A stretch of DNA of 64,000 nt from an uncultured Anaerolineaceae bacterium (GTDB lineage Bacteria > Chloroflexota > Anaerolineae > Anaerolineales > Anaerolineaceae). Location: the NCBI GenBank assembly GCA_964420835.1, contig CAYQUO010000001.1, positions 19,643 through 83,642 of the forward strand, written 5' to 3'. Each line of letters opens with the position of its first letter. Position 1 is the first letter of the stretch. Shown in pieces: positions 38,929 through 48,060 of this stretch. Made by a program: the position numbers and the translations under genes. The notes under the pieces were generated by a model that worked only from the letters and a program-made list of their open reading frames with translations, did not search any database and was not told where the DNA came from.

Positions 38929-38930
38929 TC

Positions 38931-40382
38931 CTAAATGAACTTGAGGCGGCGGGCGGCGAAGACGACCATTTTGAGCAGCAGCCAACCATGGCGCCAGCGC
39001 TGGATGTTGGTGGTGCCGTAGGTGCGCTCGCGGTAGCGGATGGGCAGGTCGATGATCTTGTGGTTCAGGCGGGCGGCGCCAAAGAGCAGGTCGTAATCGC
39101 CGAAGGGGTCAAAGTCACCAAAATAGGAGCGGTTGGCGGCGATCTTGCGGTAGTCGCTCTTCCAGAGCACCTTGGTGCCGCACAGGGTATCCTTGACCGG
39201 CTGGCCGAGCAGCCAGGAGAAGATGAGGCTGAAGGACTTGTTGCCCAAAAGGTTGAAGAAGCGCATGGCCTGCTTTTCCATCGGGTAGACCAGGCGCACA
39301 CCGTTGATAAAATCACCCCTGCCTTCCACCAGGGCCTGGTAAAAGCGGGGCAGGTCCTCCGGCGGAACGGTCAGGTCGGCATCGAGGATCATCAACACCT
39401 CGCCGCTGGCCGCCTCGAACCCGGCACGCACGGCGTCGCCCTTGCCCTGGCCCGGTTGCCGGAGCAGGATGGCTGGCTGTTTTTTTCGACGGGCCATCTC
39501 CGCTTCGATCGCCTTAAAAGTGCGGTCCCGCGAGTGACCTTCAACAAAGACCAGTTCGGTGCCGGAGCCCATCTGCGGCAGGCGTTCAAAGATCGCCGGG
39601 ATGTTGCCCTCCTCGTTGCGCGCCGGAACGATGACCGAGACGCGGGGTTTATTGCCGGCCGGTGGGTTGGCCGGGCGGGGGCGGGCGAGGATGAAATTGG
39701 ACAGCGCCAGGTGGCGGAAGGGCCACAGGCGGACGAGAAAGCGGTCACAAAGGGGCGCCAGCAGCGGGATATCCAGCGGGCAGAGGACCTCCTCCCAATG
39801 GCGGATCGCCTCGCAGCCGGCCAGGTCGAGCAAATTAACCGTATCCTCCACGGTCAGCCAGTTCTGCTCCAGGTTGGGGATGGCCAGTTCCATCCAGCGG
39901 GCGAAATCCAGCGGCAGTTCCCAAAAGCGGCTGTGATTGTTGATGATGATGCGCGTGGAAGGGAGGCACAGGGGCTTCAGCCGTTCCAGGACCGCCTGCA
40001 CATCCCACAGGTCGTTGAGGACATCCGAGAGGATGATGAAGTCGAAGGTCTCTTTTAATTCAAGGCTGTGCAGGTCCGCCTGGATGAGGGTGAGTTCCGG
40101 GTGGCGCGAGCGGGCCAGGGAGAGCATGGCCGGCGAGAAATCCACCCCCACGCCTGGTGAGGGCTGCAGGCTGGCCAGCAGGTCCCCGCTGCCGCAGCCG
40201 AGCTCCAGCACCCGCGAACCGGCAGGCACCAGCGAGCGGTAAACAGCCGCCAGGCGCCGGTGGTAATGGCCGTTCAGGCCCTTCCATCCCGCCAGCAGGG
40301 CGGCAACGCCCTCCCAGTGGGCCAGGCGTTCCTGGCAGTAGGCCGCATACCCGGGGTCCGCCGGCCGGGGTTTTTGCTTCAT
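38931..40382 (-). CDS. fusion protein: class I SAM methyltransferase + GT2 glycosyltransferase
   Basis: The N-terminus carries methyltransferase motif I (VLELGCGSGDL). The C-terminal part is GT2 (VSVIVPARNEEGNI, LMILDADLTVP). I prefer the ATG at 40382. Confidence 0.75.
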   Translation of the reverse strand: MKQKPRPADPGYAAYCQERLAHWEGVAALLAGWKGLNGHYHRRLAAVYRSLVPAGSRVLELGCGSGDLLASLQPSPGVGVDFSPAMLSLARSRHPELTLIQADLHSLELKETFDFIILSDVLNDLWDVQAVLERLKPLCLPSTRIIINNHSRFWELPLDFARWMELAIPNLEQNWLTVEDTVNLLDLAGCEAIRHWEEVLCPLDIPLLAPLCDRFLVRLWPFRHLALSNFILARPRPANPPAGNKPRVSVIVPARNEEGNIPAIFERLPQMGSGTELVFVEGHSRDRTFKAIEAEMARRKKQPAILLRQPGQGKGDAVRAGFEAASGEVLMILDADLTVPPEDLPRFYQALVEGRGDFINGVRLVYPMEKQAMRFFNLLGNKSFSLIFSWLLGQPVKDTLCGTKVLWKSDYRKIAANRSYFGDFDPFGDYDLLFGAARLNHKIIDLPIRYRERTYGTTNIQRWRHGWLLLKMVVFAARRLKFI

Positions 40383-40428
40383 GGTCGCCAAGTGTTCCCT
40401 CCGTTCCTTGCAGGCCGGCTGTCCGGCT

Positions 40429-41151
40429 TCAGGCCTTTGGTGTGGTGATGGCCCGGCAAACCTCTACCCCGCTCAGGGCCATGTGGTAGAGGAAGACGGC
40501 GTGCAACAGGTCCCCATCGTGGGGCAGGCCGCCCTGCTGGCGGGCAACGCTCACCGGCCGGTCATAGGTGGCCACCACGTTGGCGGGGACGATCACCCGC
40601 CGGCTGGTCTGGGTTGCGTTGGCTGCGGTCTTCAGGTCCAGGGCCATCTCGTAGACGCAAATATCGGTGCAGTCGCCGGCAAGGATGAAGGTGTCCAGTT
40701 GCGGGTGGTCTGCCAGCCAGCCGCCCAGCCCGGTGTTGTGGCTGGAGGAGGTGGAATTTTTCTCCAGCAGCAGCATTTGATCATAAAAGGGCAGCGCCTG
40801 GATCTCGCGCACCGTCTCGGCCTCCGGGGTGCCGCGCACACAGTGGGGTGGGAAGGCGGAGAACTCCAGTGCCTTGGGGTCGTGGGCGTCCTGCACCAGC
40901 ACGACCTGGCGGATGCCGTGGTCCCAGCCCGCCTGCAGCAACCGGCAGGTGGCCGGGACGATATCCTTCACCCGCGGGCTGGCCAGGGCACCGCTGTTGC
41001 AAAAGCCGTTGGTCAGGTCCACGACCAGGAGGGCGGCCTTTTCCGGGTTGGGGGCTGCCAGGCCGATGGGCAGGTCTGGCAGGCCTTCCAGCCATTCGTC
41101 CAGGTAATCCAAAAAAAGTTGGCTGTTCTGCCAAAGGGAATTTGTTTTCAT
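40429..41151 (-). CDS. isochorismatase-family cysteine hydrolase (nicotinamidase-like)
   Basis: It contains ALLVVDLTNGF, VLVQDAH and FILAGDCTDICV (catalytic Cys context). The ATG at 41151 is preceded by GGAGG. Confidence 0.78.
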   Translation of the reverse strand: MKTNSLWQNSQLFLDYLDEWLEGLPDLPIGLAAPNPEKAALLVVDLTNGFCNSGALASPRVKDIVPATCRLLQAGWDHGIRQVVLVQDAHDPKALEFSAFPPHCVRGTPEAETVREIQALPFYDQMLLLEKNSTSSSHNTGLGGWLADHPQLDTFILAGDCTDICVYEMALDLKTAANATQTSRRVIVPANVVATYDRPVSVARQQGGLPHDGDLLHAVFLYHMALSGVEVCRAITTPKA

Positions 41152-41217
41152 GGGAACCTCCATTCCATATTCCGTAATCCCGTGCCCCGGGGCGGCTTTT
41201 TCCCCGCCGAAGGGCTG

Positions 41218-42360
41218 TTATCCGCCTGCGCCTCCGCCCGCCAGGGGTTTCTGGTAGATGCGGTAGCGCCGCAGCGGCTTAAGGTCCATTTTCAGGATGG
41301 CGTTGTTCATCGGGCCGTTATCCTCAAGGACGTAGTTTACCTCCATGCGCAGCCGGGGGTGCCAGGTGGACTGGTAGAGCGCCCGGTAGAGCAGGCTGTC
41401 CACGGCCCGGCCCTGGTACCTGCTGATGACGCCGAGGGCGAACATGCGGTACTGGTGCAGCCGGGGCAGCCCCACCAGCAGGCGCAGCCAGCCAAAGGGC
41501 AGCAGGCGCCCGTTCATCTTTTTCAGGATCACGTTCACATCCGGGATGGCAATGGCGAACCCAACCGGGTCCCCGGTTGCCTGCTCCTCGGCGAATATCA
41601 CGCCCTTGGGGTGGATGATGGGTTTAAGGTCACGGGCCATGGCGCGCACTTCGGCTTCGGTCACCGGGGAATAGCCCCAGTTGTTGGCCAGGCTGTCGTT
41701 GGAAAGGGCGATGATGGTATCCACCTCCTGGTCCAGCCGCTTCATATCCAGGGTGCGCAGGCGAATGCCGTTGTGCCTGGCCACGCGGTCGGTCAGGGTG
41801 AGGATGCGGTCGGGGATCTGGTACCCTTCCGCGTAGTCCACGTAATAAACCAGCAGGTCCTTCACCTTTTCCAGCCCCCAGGCGCGGTATTGGTCGTTGT
41901 AGAAGGGTGGGTTGTATGGAGACATGACCACCGGGGAAGGGGTGAAGCCCTCAACGACCGAACCCCACTCCTGGGAGACGAAACTCCACGGGCCGCGGAT
42001 GCAGTCCGCCCCGGCCTCCTGCAACCACCCGGCTGCGGTGTCCAGCAGCAGGCGCGAACAGGCTTCGTCCGGCGGGCACTCGTAATAACCGAAGAGTCCG
42101 ACCGGCTTCTTCCAGTAATCATTGGCCAGGGTATCCAGGAAGGCGGCGATGCGCCCCACCGGTCTGCCGGCATCCTCCAGCAGGTAAAGCCGCCAGCGGC
42201 AGTGGTCGAGGGTGGGGTTGCGCCGGGGGTTGAACTGGGATTCAACCTCGCTGTACAAAGGGGGGACCCAAACCGGGTCATCCCGGTAGATGCGGTAAGG
42301 CAGCCGGATGAAGGCCTTCAGGTCGGCAGAGGTTTCCACGGGGCGGATTTTCATGGTCAT
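41218..42360 (-). CDS. GNAT-fold N-acetyltransferase-like protein (about 380 aa family)
   Basis: The text MKIRPVETSADLKAFIRLPYRIYRDDPVWVPPL is typical of a widespread uncharacterised GNAT-like family. The substrate is unknown. Confidence 0.55.
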   Translation of the reverse strand: MTMKIRPVETSADLKAFIRLPYRIYRDDPVWVPPLYSEVESQFNPRRNPTLDHCRWRLYLLEDAGRPVGRIAAFLDTLANDYWKKPVGLFGYYECPPDEACSRLLLDTAAGWLQEAGADCIRGPWSFVSQEWGSVVEGFTPSPVVMSPYNPPFYNDQYRAWGLEKVKDLLVYYVDYAEGYQIPDRILTLTDRVARHNGIRLRTLDMKRLDQEVDTIIALSNDSLANNWGYSPVTEAEVRAMARDLKPIIHPKGVIFAEEQATGDPVGFAIAIPDVNVILKKMNGRLLPFGWLRLLVGLPRLHQYRMFALGVISRYQGRAVDSLLYRALYQSTWHPRLRMEVNYVLEDNGPMNNAILKMDLKPLRRYRIYQKPLAGGGAGG

Positions 42361-42368
42361 TCCTTGTG

Positions 42369-43190
42369 TCAACCTCGGATGGCCGGATGGCGGATCTCGT
42401 TGCAGCGCTCGCAATCCGGGCGGTCACAGAGAAGTGCCAGGGGGTCCAGTGCCAGCACCTCGCGCACAACGCGCACCAGTTCGGCCACCGGCACAGCCTG
42501 CACCTCCGCCGGGCCGATCATGCCGGTGCGGACGACATCCTGCAGGAAGAAGTTGAGCGCGTTGAAGCCATCCGAACAGCCGGGGAAATTGGGGCAGGCC
42601 ACCACGCCCTCGGGAGTGAGCGCCCAACGGGTGAACTGGCGGCGGCCGGCCAGTTTTTCGGCGTAGTGAATGCTGGTGTTAACCCGCTGGTCCACGCCCA
42701 GCAGCAGTACCCAGCCGTTGTGATCCATCAGCGTCTGGATGGGCGCCAGGGGCTCCTGCAGGGTCTGTGAACGGATGATGCCGGCTGCATGGATCCCGCA
42801 AAATGAGAGGATGGGATGCCCCGAACGCAGGGCGTGCGGATGGAGGCGGCAGGCCTCGGCCAGGGCGCCCATCAACCGGTCCGCCGGCATGTCCGGGTGG
42901 TGAAACTCAGCCAGCCGGTTGAGGTCCCCGCCGGAGCCGTAGCGGATGCCGTTCTCGGGCGGCCCCTCTTCGGGGATGATCATGGTCTTGTACGTGAAGG
43001 CAGGCATGACGATGCTGTCGCTGGTGGCCATCAGCGCCTCCAGCAGGCTTTCGGCGCCGCCTTCGATGCCCCCAAAGGCGGACAGGGAGGCATGGACGAT
43101 CACCGGCAACGCCGGGTCCAGGTCCAGCCTTCTCAGGCCGGTCCGGAGGTCGTGATAGGTGAGTGACCGGCTGTCCGTTGTCGTGTTCAT
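42369..43190 (-). CDS. AAC(3)-family aminoglycoside N3-acetyltransferase-like protein
   Basis: It contains LPVIVHASLSAFGGIEGGAESLLEAL. The 273-aa length and the C-terminal Cys cluster fit the AAC(3)/YokD family. Confidence 0.72.
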   Translation of the reverse strand: MNTTTDSRSLTYHDLRTGLRRLDLDPALPVIVHASLSAFGGIEGGAESLLEALMATSDSIVMPAFTYKTMIIPEEGPPENGIRYGSGGDLNRLAEFHHPDMPADRLMGALAEACRLHPHALRSGHPILSFCGIHAAGIIRSQTLQEPLAPIQTLMDHNGWVLLLGVDQRVNTSIHYAEKLAGRRQFTRWALTPEGVVACPNFPGCSDGFNALNFFLQDVVRTGMIGPAEVQAVPVAELVRVVREVLALDPLALLCDRPDCERCNEIRHPAIRG

Positions 43191-43305
43191 GATTCAATGG
43201 CATTCATTATACGACATACTCGCTCCATTTTGCAGCCCGGGGGCGCGAATGGGGCGGCTCTTCGATGCTATAATTTGCTCACAGGAGTAAGCCAGGGCAC
43301 CCGCC

Positions 43306-45543
43306 TTGAAAAAGCCGCAGGAAGTTCAACCCAAAACGGGGAAAGAGACCCACATCCACCTGGACGGCCGCCGGAGGGCCATTCACCTGCACGCCCATCC
43401 CGGCAGCACGGTGCACATCAGCCTGACCGTGGAGCCGGAACCGGGCAGCCCGGTGGGGCCATTGCCAGGAACGGAAGCCCCATTGCCCGAAAAACCACCG
43501 GGCCTGCTGCAACGGCTGGCCGCCCGCAGGGCCTTTCGCAGCGCGGATGGCTGGTTGTTGGCCCTGTCGCTGGCCATCTACCTGGCTGTGCGGCTGATCG
43601 GCCTGGCCCAATACCCGATCTACTTCTTTACCGACGAAGCCGTGCAGAGCGTGCTGGCCTCAGACCTGCTCCGGGATGGCTTTCATGGGGCCGATAAGCA
43701 GTTTCTGCCGACGTATTTCTACAATTCCTACCAATACAACCTGGGGACCTCGGTGTACCTGCAGGTGCTCCCGGTGGTACTTTTCGGGCACTCGGTGTGG
43801 GTCACGCGGGCGGCATGTGTGCTGGTGTCGCTGCTGGCCGGCCTGGCGGTTGGCCTGGCGCTTTGGCAGGTCTTTTCCAGCCGGATGGCCTGGGCGGGGG
43901 TGCTGTTGCTCTCCATGACCCCGGCCTGGTTCCTGCATTCCCGCACAGCCTTTGAGACCGGCATCGCCACCAGTTTTTACGCCGGCTTTCTCTTCCTTTA
44001 CCTGGTGTATCTCAAATCCGGCCGGCCGGCAGCCCTGTATGCGGCCGCCGGGTTCGGGGCGCTTGCCTTTTACAGTTACAGCCCCATGCGGATGGTCATG
44101 CTGCTCAGCGGGCTGTTCTTCCTGGTTGGCAACCTGCGCAGGCACCTACAGCACTGGAAGCCCTTGCTGGCAACTGCCGGCATCCTGGCGGTTCTGGTCA
44201 TACCACAACTGCGTTTTCAATTGGCCCATCCCGGGGAGAATCTGCACCACCTGCAGGTGCTCGGCTCCTACTGGAACCTGGATATCCCCCTGGGGGAAAA
44301 ACTGGCCGCCTACCTGCGGGAATACAGCCGCGGGCTGGACCCGTTTTACTGGTTCCTGGCCGACCAGAGCGACCTGGCCCGCCATATCATGGATGGATAC
44401 GGTCACCTGTTGCGGACGACCGCCCCCCTGCTGCTGGCAGGCCTGGCGCTGGTGCTGCGGCGCATTCGCCAGCCGGCTGAGCGGACCCTGTTGCTGGCGT
44501 TGCTGGCTGCCCCCGGCGGGGCGGCCCTGGTCGGGCGCGGCATCACGCGGATGCTGGCGCTGGTCATTCCGGCGGCGGTGCTCAGCGCCATGGGGCTGGA
44601 AGCACTGCTGGAATGGCTGTCCCGCCGGGCCAGGCTCCGCCGGTCGGTGCTGCTAACGGGCACCTTTGCCCTGCTGGCCGGCTTCAATTTCTGGCTGCTG
44701 CGGGATGCCCTGGTGAACGGCCCCCTGTGGGAAACGGACTACGGCCTGGGTGGGATGCAGTACGGGGCGCAGCAACTCTTCGATGCCGTGCGCCAAACGG
44801 TTGCAGAAGACCCCGGCCGGAAGATCGTCCTCTCCCCTTCCTGGGCCAACGGGACCAACAACTTGGTGCTTTTCTTCTTTGACGACCCGGCACCGTTCAC
44901 CCTTGGCAGCATCGAAGGCTACCTGGTGGAAAAGCAGCCGCTGGACCACCAGACCCTCTTCATCACCACGCCGGCTGAATACAGGCTGGCGAACCAGAGC
45001 GGCAAACTGACCGGCCTGGTGGTGGAACGCACCCTTCCCTGCCCCAACGGGCAGCCCTGTTTCTACTTCCTGCATGCCTCCTATGTGAAGAACATCGATG
45101 AGATCCTGGCTGCCGAAAAGGCCGCCCGGGCCGTGCTGCAGGAGTTCCAGGTGGAGGTGGCTGGAGAAACCGCCCTGGTGCGCCATTCCTACCTGGATAT
45201 GGGCACCATCCAGGAACTGTTCGACGGTGACCCGGACAGCCTTATCCGCACCTTGGAAGCCAACCCCCTGGTTGTCGACCTGACCTTCAGCCGTCCCCGA
45301 TCGCTGAAAGGGGTGACCGTGAAGGTTGGCGGACCTCCAACCCAATTAACCGTGGAATTGTACGACGAGGCGGACAGGCTGCTTATGCTGCAGTCCGTTG
45401 AAGTGCCGGACAGCCCCAACCCGCGTGACCTGGACCTCTCCCTCAGGCCAGGGGCTGCGGTCCGGCGGGTGCGGCTGCAGGTGCGCAACACCGACGAAGG
45501 CGAACCGGCTCATGTGCACGCCTGGGAGGTGACCTTCCGTTGA
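43306..45543 (+). CDS. ArnT/PMT-like (GT39/GT83) polytopic glycosyltransferase with C-terminal soluble domain
   Basis: It has at least 10 TM segments, and the first loop reads YPIYFFTDEAVQ. The large C-terminal beta-rich domain ends VRLQVRNTDEGEPAHVHAWEVTF. The TTG start is uncertain. A TGcTATAAT extended -10 lies at 43266-43274. Confidence 0.68.
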   Translation: MKKPQEVQPKTGKETHIHLDGRRRAIHLHAHPGSTVHISLTVEPEPGSPVGPLPGTEAPLPEKPPGLLQRLAARRAFRSADGWLLALSLAIYLAVRLIGLAQYPIYFFTDEAVQSVLASDLLRDGFHGADKQFLPTYFYNSYQYNLGTSVYLQVLPVVLFGHSVWVTRAACVLVSLLAGLAVGLALWQVFSSRMAWAGVLLLSMTPAWFLHSRTAFETGIATSFYAGFLFLYLVYLKSGRPAALYAAAGFGALAFYSYSPMRMVMLLSGLFFLVGNLRRHLQHWKPLLATAGILAVLVIPQLRFQLAHPGENLHHLQVLGSYWNLDIPLGEKLAAYLREYSRGLDPFYWFLADQSDLARHIMDGYGHLLRTTAPLLLAGLALVLRRIRQPAERTLLLALLAAPGGAALVGRGITRMLALVIPAAVLSAMGLEALLEWLSRRARLRRSVLLTGTFALLAGFNFWLLRDALVNGPLWETDYGLGGMQYGAQQLFDAVRQTVAEDPGRKIVLSPSWANGTNNLVLFFFDDPAPFTLGSIEGYLVEKQPLDHQTLFITTPAEYRLANQSGKLTGLVVERTLPCPNGQPCFYFLHASYVKNIDEILAAEKAARAVLQEFQVEVAGETALVRHSYLDMGTIQELFDGDPDSLIRTLEANPLVVDLTFSRPRSLKGVTVKVGGPPTQLTVELYDEADRLLMLQSVEVPDSPNPRDLDLSLRPGAAVRRVRLQVRNTDEGEPAHVHAWEVTFR

Positions 45544-45998
45544 AACCGGGGCGCACCAGCTGGTTGTGGGTGTTAATCCTCGCCGGGGCAGTCACGGCGC
45601 TGTTTGGGTTCATGCGCGCCTGGGCGGCGCTGAACAATTGGGACCTGCTGAGGCGGCTCAACCTGCCCTTCAACCCCGTTTACCTCCCGGCGGGTGGCAT
45701 CCTGTGGTTGCTGCTGGGGCTGGCGGCCGTTGCCGCCATCTTCGCCCGCTGGCGGCACGGCCCCTGGCTGATCCGGGGGGTGGCGCTAACGGTGGCTGCC
45801 AGTTACTGGGCCGACCGCCTGCTTTTCACCCGTTCGGATGCTTCCCGGACGAACCAGGCGTTTGCCTTCTGGTTCACCCTGCTGGCGGTCGGCGGGAGTT
45901 TCCTCATCCTGCTGCTCCCCGACGAGCGGCGCTACTTCCAGGCGCGTCCGGAACGAACCCGGCGGAAGGAGATTGGGGATGGACCCGGGCGGGAATGA
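45540..45998 (+). CDS. 4-TM membrane protein, unknown function
   Basis: It has four hydrophobic helices. The TTG start overlaps the upstream stop. Confidence 0.4.
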   Translation: MKPGRTSWLWVLILAGAVTALFGFMRAWAALNNWDLLRRLNLPFNPVYLPAGGILWLLLGLAAVAAIFARWRHGPWLIRGVALTVAASYWADRLLFTRSDASRTNQAFAFWFTLLAVGGSFLILLLPDERRYFQARPERTRRKEIGDGPGRE

Positions 45999-46605
45999 GA
46001 TCGAAGTAAAGTTCTATGTGAATGACCCCGGGGCGGTGGAGAATCACCTGCTGGCCGCCGGGGCGCGGCTGGAACAGCGACGTGTTTTTGAGCGCAACCT
46101 GCGCTTTGATGACAGCCAGGGCAGCCTGGCTCGCGCCGGCTGCGTGCTGCGACTGCGCCAGGACCAGGGCGTCCGCCTGGCCTACAAGGGGCCCTTGCAG
46201 CCCGGCCGGGATGTGGCCGTGCGGCGGGAGATCGAATTCAGCGTGGGGGATGCCGTTGCCGCGCAGGCCTTCCTGGAGGCGCTGGGCTACCGGGTGGCGG
46301 TGGCCTATGAAAAATACCGCACCACCTATCGCCTGGAAGAGGTGGAGGTGGTGCTGGACGAGATGCCTTACGGCAACTTCGTGGAGATCGAGGCCGCCTC
46401 GGCGGAACAGGTGAAACGGGCAGCCCTCCTTCTTGGGCTGAACTGGAACGCCCGCAGCACTGCCAGTTACCTGGAACTGTTCCGCCGGCTGAAGCAGGCC
46501 CGCGAACTGGGCATGGCCGACCTGACCTTTGGCAACTTCAGCGGCCTGGTCTTTACGGCAGCCGATTTTGACCTGCATCCGGCCGATGCCGGCTGGGAGG
46601 CCTGA
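45979..46605 (+). CDS. CYTH-domain protein (class IV adenylate cyclase / triphosphatase family)
   Basis: It has the ExExK signature at the N-terminus (NEIEVKFYV), followed by VLRLRQD..RLAYKG and a C-terminal part. The start is set at ATG 45979. Confidence 0.72.
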   Translation: MDPGGNEIEVKFYVNDPGAVENHLLAAGARLEQRRVFERNLRFDDSQGSLARAGCVLRLRQDQGVRLAYKGPLQPGRDVAVRREIEFSVGDAVAAQAFLEALGYRVAVAYEKYRTTYRLEEVEVVLDEMPYGNFVEIEAASAEQVKRAALLLGLNWNARSTASYLELFRRLKQARELGMADLTFGNFSGLVFTAADFDLHPADAGWEA

Positions 46606-46610
46606 ACGGT

Positions 46611-46823
46611 TCACTCGGGCGTGGCGTGATAGCCCCTGCGGGCGACGGCCTCCACAATCTGTTCGATCGTCAAGCGGGATTCATCGTATTCCACCACCAT
46701 CCTGCCGCCATGGTAACTGGCCCGGGCACGCTGAATGCCGGGCAGGTCATCCTCAATGGCTTCCAGCCGCATAACGCAGTTGCTGCAGTGCATGTCCGCT
46801 ATTGTTAGGGTCACCCTGGCCAT
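46611..46823 (-). CDS. heavy-metal-associated (HMA) domain protein
   Basis: The 70-aa protein has a ferredoxin-like HMA fold with the metal site MHCSNC. Confidence 0.75.
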   Translation of the reverse strand: MARVTLTIADMHCSNCVMRLEAIEDDLPGIQRARASYHGGRMVVEYDESRLTIEQIVEAVARRGYHATPE

Positions 46824-46831
46824 TGCGCCCC

Positions 46832-47965
46832 TCAGTTGAACTGGATGGCCCCGCCGTACATGCCCATCGAGCAGGAGTAATAGAGGACCTTGCCGGCTGC
46901 CTGGGCAGGGATGTCCACGCGGGTGACGCCGCTGGCCGGCAGGAACTGCTCCACCCCCAGTTCCGGGATTGTGAAGGCCCGGCTGCAGGAATGCGTATCC
47001 TGCGTTAGCAGGGTGAGCCGGATGGGCCTGCCGGCAGGCGCCTGCTGGAAGGCGGGGGCATAGCCATTGTTCTTCACCTCCACCAGCACGTCCACCACGC
47101 CCTGCCCGGTCCGGGCGGCCAGGGTTGGCGATGCCGGGTCGTTGGCTTCAACCGGCTGGGATGCCTCGGCCCGGCTTTGAAACGCCGGCGGCAGGCCGGC
47201 TGGCGCCGGCAGGGGGGAGGCCAGGCGCAGCAGCAGGTTGCCGGGTGCAAAGGGCGCCCCGGCCAGTGTGAGCCCGGAGTTAATGGAAATGAGGCCGAGC
47301 ACCAGCAGCACGGCAGCCACGAGGCGCATGAAGTGCCTCTCCATGGCCGCCCCCAGGCGGGTGGCCAGGTAGGAAACGGCGAAGAAGAGCGGACTGGTGC
47401 CGAGGGTGAAGGCGAACAGGATGGCCGCCCCGGACAGGGGGTTGCCGCTGCCAACCGCCAGGGCCATCATGGCCTGGGTGATGCCGCAGGGGATGAAAAC
47501 GGTGAGGGCCCCCAGGAAGAGCGGCGTCACCCAGCCGTCGCCGTTCCTGGCTGTTTTACGGATGTAGCGGCGCAGGGCAGCCGGCGGCTCGAACGAAAAG
47601 AAGCGGAAGATGGGGTGCACGTTGAACAGGCGCAGCGCCGAGCCGGCCATGAAGATGCCGATGGCAACCTGCAGGATGCCGCGGCTGAGCGGGGTGAATT
47701 GCAGGACCGAGCCCAGTGCCCCGAGGCCGGCCCCCAGCAGGGTGTACGTGATCAGTTTGGCCAGCAGGAAAAGCAGGATCGGGCGGACAAGGTGCAGGCG
47801 GGCCGCCAGGCTGCCGGAGGGCCTGCGCCTGCGGGCTGCCTGCACTTGCAGGTCCTGCTCCACCTGGGCGGCCAGCGAAGAGGCCAGCAGCCCTCCCTGC
47901 ACGGCCAGGCAACTTAACCCGCCGGTGGTCAGGCCGGTCACAAAGGCGATGAGGATCTGGTCCAT
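46832..47965 (-). CDS. DsbD_2/TauE-like permease fused to a C-terminal cupredoxin-like domain
   Basis: The N-terminus reads GLTTGGLSCLAVQGG and is followed by about 6 TM segments. The C-terminus reads RPIRLTLLTQDTHSCSRAFTIPELG...YYSCSMGMYGGAIQF, which is a cupredoxin-like pattern. Confidence 0.62.
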   Translation of the reverse strand: MDQILIAFVTGLTTGGLSCLAVQGGLLASSLAAQVEQDLQVQAARRRRPSGSLAARLHLVRPILLFLLAKLITYTLLGAGLGALGSVLQFTPLSRGILQVAIGIFMAGSALRLFNVHPIFRFFSFEPPAALRRYIRKTARNGDGWVTPLFLGALTVFIPCGITQAMMALAVGSGNPLSGAAILFAFTLGTSPLFFAVSYLATRLGAAMERHFMRLVAAVLLVLGLISINSGLTLAGAPFAPGNLLLRLASPLPAPAGLPPAFQSRAEASQPVEANDPASPTLAARTGQGVVDVLVEVKNNGYAPAFQQAPAGRPIRLTLLTQDTHSCSRAFTIPELGVEQFLPASGVTRVDIPAQAAGKVLYYSCSMGMYGGAIQFN

Positions 47966-48060
47966 GGGTCAGGTTCTCCCGGGGAGCCTTTAACCTTCTC
48001 CCCTATACAATGAAAAGGGGTCATCCGTCATGCAAAAAGGGGCGTTCAGGATCAACCGGC

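Noticed and set aside
40381-42666. A 761-aa plus-strand ORF spanning three minus-strand genes.
   Set aside because: It has no domain signatures and a Gly/Ala/Val/Pro-rich composition. It overlaps the well-supported isochorismatase, GNAT-like and AAC(3)-like CDSs on the other strand. The same reasoning applies to 55240-56922(+), 57699-59132(+), 59221-60702(-), 5554-6591(-), 20399-21577(-) and 48490-49638(+).
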